Source of the DNA: Zygophlyctis sp. KS116
Lineage: Eukaryota; Fungi; Chytridiomycota
Length of the DNA: 32,000 bases
Assembly: GCA_054661495.1 (NCBI GenBank)
Contig: BAAFSQ010000013.1
Location: 1-32,000, forward strand
Reading direction: 5' to 3'
Part shown: positions 23,019 to 32,000 of the stretch, piece by piece
Layout: each line of letters opens with the position of its first letter
Position numbering within the stretch: position 1 is the stretch's first letter
The notes under the pieces: generated by a model
What the model saw: only the letters and a program-made list of their open reading frames with translations
Databases searched by the model: none
What the model was told of the DNA's origin: nothing
Program-made: the position numbers and the translations under genes

Positions 23019-24060
23019 ATGAAGGTGCGATGGTACAATGCAAACAAGATCTTTAGATCAAACGGAGATGAGTATGTCCGATTTCAGAACAAAAGATCAA
23101 CAGGATTTAAAGGCTTGAATGATTCATCATCGAGGATTATTGGGCTTTTGGTATTTGAAATTATAGCTTATTGAAGGGAATGATTGGTTTGGGAACATTT
23201 GCATATATTCAACTCAATCAGGACACAGTTCCGATCACTGGAAGGAAGAGATTTATGACAGTAGATAAGAAAACAGAAACATATTTTGGACAAATGGTAT
23301 TTGAATAAGGAATTGACAATAGAGCTCTAACATGGTTCTTCATGAATATGGTCATCAGATATTACCTGCGAATCATCCAAAGTCTCGTTATGTTCAAAAG
23401 ATTGCATATAAACTCTTGAGGGCAAATAATCTTATGGATGAAACTGATTGGAAGATCTTTGTCGTGGAAGATAATTCTATAGTCAATGCATTTGTAACTC
23501 CTGATGGTGTAATTGTGGTTTTTAGTGGGATAATGAAGGTTGCTGAAAATGAAGATGGATTGGCAACTGTTTTAAGTCATGAAATAGCGCACAAGTTTGC
23601 CAGACATCATGCAGAACGATTGTCACAGCAGAAGCTAACTGGATTTTTAAGGTTTTTACTATCTGCTTTCTTTGATATTCCTGCTGTTCCAAGTGCAGTT
23701 GGGATAGAGCTGCTTTTACATAAGCCAAATTCTAGAAAACATGAATCAGAGGCTGATAGAATCGGTCTCGAATTTATGATTAATGCATGCTATAATCCAG
23801 AAGAAGCAGTTCCTCTTTGGCGTCGAATGTCTAAACTTTCTGGTGACGGGGCAGTGCCAGAAATTTTAAGTACTCATCCATCAAGTGGTAAATGATCTAG
23901 TTTAATCAATAGAAACTCGAATATCAAGTTTTAAAGAGTGGATGCCAGAAGCTATTAATAAGTATGAGGCTAGAGGATGTTTGAAAGTAAGTATTTTCAG
24001 AGCTAAACTTTGCAGAGTTCCTCATTTTTCGGACAAATGAATCGCTTTAAATCTTTTTAA
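23019..24060 (+). CDS. OMA1: Mitochondrial metalloendopeptidase OMA1 (peptidase M48)
   Basis: VPITGRKRFM, VNAFVTPDG, LSHEIAH (HEXXH), SRKHESEADRIG, EILSTHPS; four short introns. Confidence 0.92.
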
Positions 24061-24073
24061 AAATCTTTTTTAT

Positions 24074-25831
24074 TCAGGATGATGACGAAGCATTGTTTAA
24101 AGCCGCCTGTTTTTTGAAAATTTCAGGATGTTGATTCATGTAGTTTATGGCGTACTCGTCTGCTCCATGAAGAACAAAAGTATGATTATAAAATGTTACT
24201 TCAGCCCCTTAATATTATTATTATTTAATTCTTACCCAAGTAAAAATCTTGAGGTTCAAAGTATGAAACACCATCGGGCTTTTTAATTCTGCTTTTAGCC
24301 AAGAATTTGCCTGATAAAATTCCACTATTTCTAGATTTTGGTTCAAAAACTGATATATCATCATCCGCCAAGAATAAGGAGATAACAAAACGACGATCAC
24401 GGTCAACTTGCTTTGTCGTTTTTAAATGAGCAGCAAAACGAAGGTGAACACCATCGAACAAAACCATTTTTTTAAAGTCCTTTTTAGGAACATGATCATC
24501 GCCAATCAAAGGAACATGAGGTTTTTCGGGCTGTAGTTGCTGAGGAACGGGAACATCATAGTCTTCAATTCTAACAGGATTGAAGTTTTCCAATCCATAG
24601 TTTTCACGATAGAAATTCTTGGTAAATTCATCACAGTCACAAATCACAAATGGTCGGCCATACAAGTGCAGAATAGATCCAATAGTTAGATCTCGCTCAC
24701 TAAAAAAGTCTTGTGGATTTGTTCCTGGATTTTTGCCATTTACCCGAGACACTTGGGGACGTTTCGGTAAGCGGCATCTTCTTAAGAACAATGAATTACT
24801 TTGACGACCAGAATTTGCTGGAATTGATTCCTGAATTTCAATTGTATCATCTGAAAGGAAATAGTGCAAAACCATATGTCTAACATCTCCAAAAACAGAA
24901 TTTGTATCATCCCAAACGCAATAAAATCGCAGTACTCTTCTATCATTTTCCAAGAATTTTTTCAATGAAGAGTTTGGTACATATGGTCGGGTAGCTTTCA
25001 TCCTGGAAAGCAATTCTTTACGGCAAAGTTCATAAGGATCATCAGGAAACTCGGAATTATTTGGGACTTGAATATTTAACGTTTCTAAAAATTCCTTTGA
25101 AATCAATAAAGATCATTTCTTACCCGAGTAAACTGATCACAACCAATAATTTTGAATGTCCTTGCATAGAAAGTGACTTCTTTTTCCACATTAAAGTCAG
25201 ATACAACATAATGCTGCCCATTAGCAAGTTCAGATTTAGGAATTCTATGTCTTCTTATAAGTGTTCCTAGAATTAAGTAAACGTATAAAGTTACCTTGAG
25301 GGATCCCACTGTTTTCAGTTTTTGGCTCACTCACATGAACTGTGTCATCTTCCAGATAAAAATATATATTGACCCTGTAACCATGAATTGAAACGATTCA
25401 TACTTTCTTATTCTGTACTTTTCCTCTCTCTTTTCATGAACTGCTTCTTGAAAGTATCCATAAAATCTAAGAACCTAAATATGCTTTAGTGAATTCTCAG
25501 CTACCTTGCGATCGAAAGCAACCCATGCCGGAGCAGTCTCTGTAGATCCACTACTGTGCGGATAAATTTCCACTGATGTATGGACACGAGCTTCCGCTTG
25601 ACCGGGCAATGGAATGCCTCCTGATTGTTATAATCAAATAAATATTACCTATCCCAGGGGAAATAGATTGGAATATAGGTACTCCATTTCTGTAATCAAA
25701 TGCATGAGACTTTCGTTCATTCGGACGATTCTTGTATTATAAAATCGGACACTCACTTTATCTAAATCAAATCTATGTCCAGGAAGAAAAGGAAGTTGAT
25801 TTTGAATTTTTATCAAATTAGGATCAATCAT
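24074..25831 (-). CDS. EFHC2: EFHC/Rib72 axonemal microtubule inner protein (3 DM10 domains), EFHC2-like
   Basis: [79 protein letters not shown]1 versus EFHC2 is tentative. Confidence 0.88.
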
Positions 25832-25846
25832 TTTATAAAACTTGAA

Positions 25847-25906
25847 GTGACATCATCATATTGAAAAGGCCCGCATCGGCAGTTTATAAGACTGGAGGTG
25901 ACATCA
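25847..25906 (-). promoter_or_regulatory. Two TGATGTCAC motifs upstream of EFHC (25847-25855 and 25898-25906)
   Basis: gtgacatca occurs twice on the + strand within 75 nt of the EFHC ATG; same motif as upstream of RSPH14. Confidence 0.45.
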
Positions 25907-27668
25907 CTTTCCATTCCCATCAGTTGCTTGTACAGACAATTGATGGTGATAAAAAGATGAAGTTTCTGTCTTTAGAAATTCTCGAAGACACATGGTAGCA
26001 TAGGCAGAAGTTGGCAAAGTGAATTTAAGAACAACTGCAAGGGATTTACCTTCTAAATCGGGCAAAGTATTTTCCTTTGAATTAGAGAGATCAATATCAG
26101 CATTAGGATCTTCATAAGAGACCAAACTCCATTCGAAATCTTTTGGTTTTACAAGGACTTTGCGGTACGAACCAGGCAAACTGAAATCTTTTTGCTTTCG
26201 ACGCATATCATTTGGATCAAATCCATGTGAGCACATAAATGTTTTGTATGCATCCATCATTTTATTCTCAGGGTATTTCACATCATAACCAGGTAAAGGA
26301 AGAACTAGATCATCAATTGAATAACGTGATAAATCGGATTCATTCAAAATAACAGAGATATGTCCATTTTTTGTTTTTTCTTCTTCCGAGAGATCATCCA
26401 CATTCTGATAGCGAGAAGTGTCAACTAAATCACCTACTTGTAGCTGATTGCCATATAATCGAATACGTTCAGTAGCCATTTCATTAAAAACATAACTTTG
26501 ATATGAATGAACATATAAAAGTCTAAGATTTCTAGGAATACTTTTAATAGCCCCTAACAAGTCTGAAGTTTTATTCTTTGCAAAAAATCCAAGAATAGAA
26601 CGTTCCGCAACACATCTTCTTGGAAACAATCCGAGGGCTTTTTTTGCATCCTTTGAATCAATCCAAATCTTTCGTGCTTCAGATACTTTATCATTATCTA
26701 AGATTAGCCGTAATCTATATACCTTCTGGCTTTGGTTGTAAAATTAAATTAATAGCATCCTCCCAATTATCCTTTAATAGACTTATTCCAGCTGAAAATG
26801 TTGGAATTGAATGTGTACCAAATCTCTGCATTCCAAAATAATTTAAAAACCCATTATTACGCAAGTTTTCTAAAGAAGCATTAATCATTTCTGGATCTGC
26901 TGGCTGAACATTTCTAATTGCAATTGAAAATCTATTTCCATGTAAATCTCCCAATTCTATCCTTGATGATCTATACTTAAAGTCTCCTACTTGAATTCCA
27001 ATTAATTTAGAATTCAAATCTGCCAAAGACTCTGCCAAAACCTTGTGTGCTGTAACTAACTGAGTTGTAATTGCCCTCTTATCTTTAGTTCCAGCAAATG
27101 TAAAAGTCTTTGATGGTCTTCTCAAGTAATTCGAGATGACATCCAAAGCCTCCATTGTATCTTTATTCTCCTTTACCATTGTAAATTGCAAAAACTCTCC
27201 TCCCTTTTCTTTCCAATTAACTCGATCATTTTTCCCTTTTTGAAGATCATTTTTCCCTTTTTCAAAAGTTATAGTATTATCTTGATTTGTAGATGTGTTT
27301 AAATGACTAAAAAACATTTTTGTAATATTATGAATATTAGTCCTTTGAGTTTTATCCATGATCGGATTTGACGATACAGATGCATCTGAAGTATTATCAA
27401 TTAAATCTTTAATTAATTGCATTGATTGATTTGGAACTATTTCCAAGATTTGACTTAATGCATCGTCCTTTGAAAGATTAGTAGAGTCTACTTTAACATC
27501 AGGAATGTAATCTTTGCAATGCAAATTCGAGACAATATCTTGCTGATCAACTTCATTCACCTTGAAGTCATTAAAGTGATGCTTCAAAATCCCAGAAATC
27601 CCTTGCATATTATTCAAGAATATCTTGATCCCATAATCCCGATCACTAGGCCCAGCGGTCATTTTCAT
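25904..27668 (-). CDS. PUS7: Pseudouridine synthase 7 (TruD family)
   Basis: FAGTKDKRAITTQ (catalytic Asp), LGDLHGNRFSIAIR, GFLNYFGMQRFGT, YVHSYQSYVFN, LPGSYRK, FTLPTSAYATMCLRE. Start at 27668 or 27662. Confidence 0.95.
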
Positions 27669-27739
27669 TTTCTTTAGTGTTGGATGCATCACAAGAGAAA
27701 CACAAGAGCAAATTCTAACAAGTAGGTTCGACCAAGGAA

Positions 27740-28811
<1,072 letters not shown>

Positions 28812-28861
28812 TTAAATCATGAGTTAAGATGTTTATGGGCGAGGGGGGCGAGGGCGGACGT

Positions 28862-32000
<3,139 letters not shown>

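Noticed and set aside
27224-27262. 21-nt-period duplication in PUS7 (KGKND x2)
   Set aside because: In-frame slippage in a non-conserved linker.

Overview
AT-rich, extremely compact eukaryotic genomic DNA with about 20 intron-containing protein genes. Two axonemal genes (RSPH14, EFHC/Rib72), presenilin, PDXDC1 and fungal-type Ran1/Pat1 kinases point to a flagellated early-diverging fungus (chytrid-like); this assignment is inference. The ORF track is fragmented because nearly every gene carries ultra-short GT-AG introns (23-33 nt where I measured them), and many intergenic gaps are only 13-110 bp. Gene order: secreted Gly/Tyr-rich two-repeat peptide precursor; DUF1295; three tandem Ran1-like kinases (third frameshifted); unknown TBC-like protein; MBOAT (Ale1-like); RSPH14; presenilin; PPR-like protein; PDXDC1; Glu/Leu/Phe/Val dehydrogenase; TCTP; three tandem Cys-cluster/TM/LEA_2 proteins; OMA1; EFHC/Rib72; PUS7; deoxyhypusine synthase; DHX16/Prp2 (runs off the window). 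The strongest leads are (1) a TGATGTCAC motif I found only immediately upstream of the two flagellar genes, a candidate ciliary-regulon element, (2) the Kex2-type repeat precursor with a conserved DANPWTxY end, and (3) the miniature introns and near-zero intergenic spacing. All gene models were built by eye; no database search was run.
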